Shown piece by piece: positions 63,692 through 64,000 of a DNA stretch of 64,000 nt. The stretch covers positions 335 to 64,334 of the forward strand of contig JAZNZO010000098.1 of assembly GCA_045594945.1 (NCBI GenBank). The letters run 5' to 3'. The position numbers and the translations under genes are program-made. Position 1 is the stretch's first letter. The number at the start of each line of letters is the position of its first letter. Below the pieces are notes generated by a model, which did no database searches, was not told the origin of the DNA, and worked only from the letters and a program-made list of their open reading frames with translations. The DNA is from Faecousia sp. (GTDB lineage: Bacteria; Bacillota; Clostridia; Oscillospirales; Oscillospiraceae).

Positions 63692-64000
63692 ATGTTAAGC
63701 GAGTTATTGCCTTATATATTGGCAATGGTGTTTTGTGTGATTATGTCCGCCTATTTCAGCGCGACGGAAACGGCCTTTTCTTCTTTGAACCGTACCCGGC
63801 TGAAGGCCCTTTCCGAAAAGGGAAACAAGAAGGCAGATCTGGCTCTTTCTTTGGAAGAAAAGTACGATAAGCTGATCTCCACCATTCTGATCGGCAACAA
63901 TATCGTCAATATTGCCGGTGCATCCATTGGCACTCTGCTGTTTGTGAAGATCATGAACGGCGACCAGGAATCCGGCGCAGCCCTTTCTACCGTAGTGGTG
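63692..64000 (+). CDS. CNNM/DUF21-domain transporter (hemolysin/CorC/TlyC family), 3' end cut by window edge
   Basis: ATG 63692 follows AAGGAG. SAYFSATETAFSSLNRTRLKAL and LISTILIGNNIVNIA are DUF21 hallmarks. The frame is open to the window end. Confidence 0.75.
   Translation, partial: MLSELLPYILAMVFCVIMSAYFSATETAFSSLNRTRLKALSEKGNKKADLALSLEEKYDKLISTILIGNNIVNIAGASIGTLLFVKIMNGDQESGAALSTVVV

Noticed and set aside
1-64000. tRNA, rRNA, tmRNA, RNase P, SRP or 6S RNA genes, transposases and integrases.
   Set aside because: I scanned every intergenic gap. The largest are about 290 nt, and promoters, terminators and hairpin repeats explain them. No T-loop GGTTCGAATCC-type box or other hallmark was seen.

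Overview
This 64-kb chromosomal window comes from a Gram-positive strict anaerobe. Gene content and order suggest a Clostridia, Oscillospiraceae/Ruminococcaceae-type gut bacterium; that is inference only, because no search was possible. I call 67 protein genes (two cut by the window edges), one THF riboswitch, tandem NrdR boxes, a set of sigma-A-type promoters, and many intrinsic-terminator hairpins. Start codons were refined by eye from RBS spacing.

Most content is housekeeping: holB-yaaT, proBAC, folT, rubrerythrin, tspO, trxB, nrdG-nrdD, rlmD, tcdA, ktrBA, dprA-topA-trmFO-plsX-rnc, spoVAC, gluQ, tatD, fchA-folD and xpt. I saw no rRNA, tRNA, CRISPR array, transposase, integrase or phage structural gene.

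No single locus stands out as a new system. These loci deserve a second look:
- A stand-alone operon encodes a zinc-ribbon peptide, a 10-cysteine protein and an ArpU/sigma-region-4-like regulator, next to GTAC-core palindromes (6.0-7.1 kb).
- NrdD is fused to a C-terminal glutaredoxin-like domain and sits next to trxB.
- A DUF362 / Cys-rich / Sfp-type PPTase operon has no carrier protein nearby.
- A family of GTAG-headed, REP-like GC-rich hairpins occurs at several loci. Two odd arrays of constant heptamer plus variable mini-hairpin (23.36-23.53 kb and 37.17-37.26 kb) lie beside some of them.
- An identical 22-bp hairpin flanks a two-gene cassette right after an orphan spoVAC.
- An operator-controlled 2-enoate-reductase plus two-subunit aconitase-X operon has no obvious substrate.
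- A leader with a 26-codon ORF overlaps an intrinsic terminator upstream of a CNNM/CorC-type transporter.

Functional calls rest on motif recognition and remembered family features, not on database searches.
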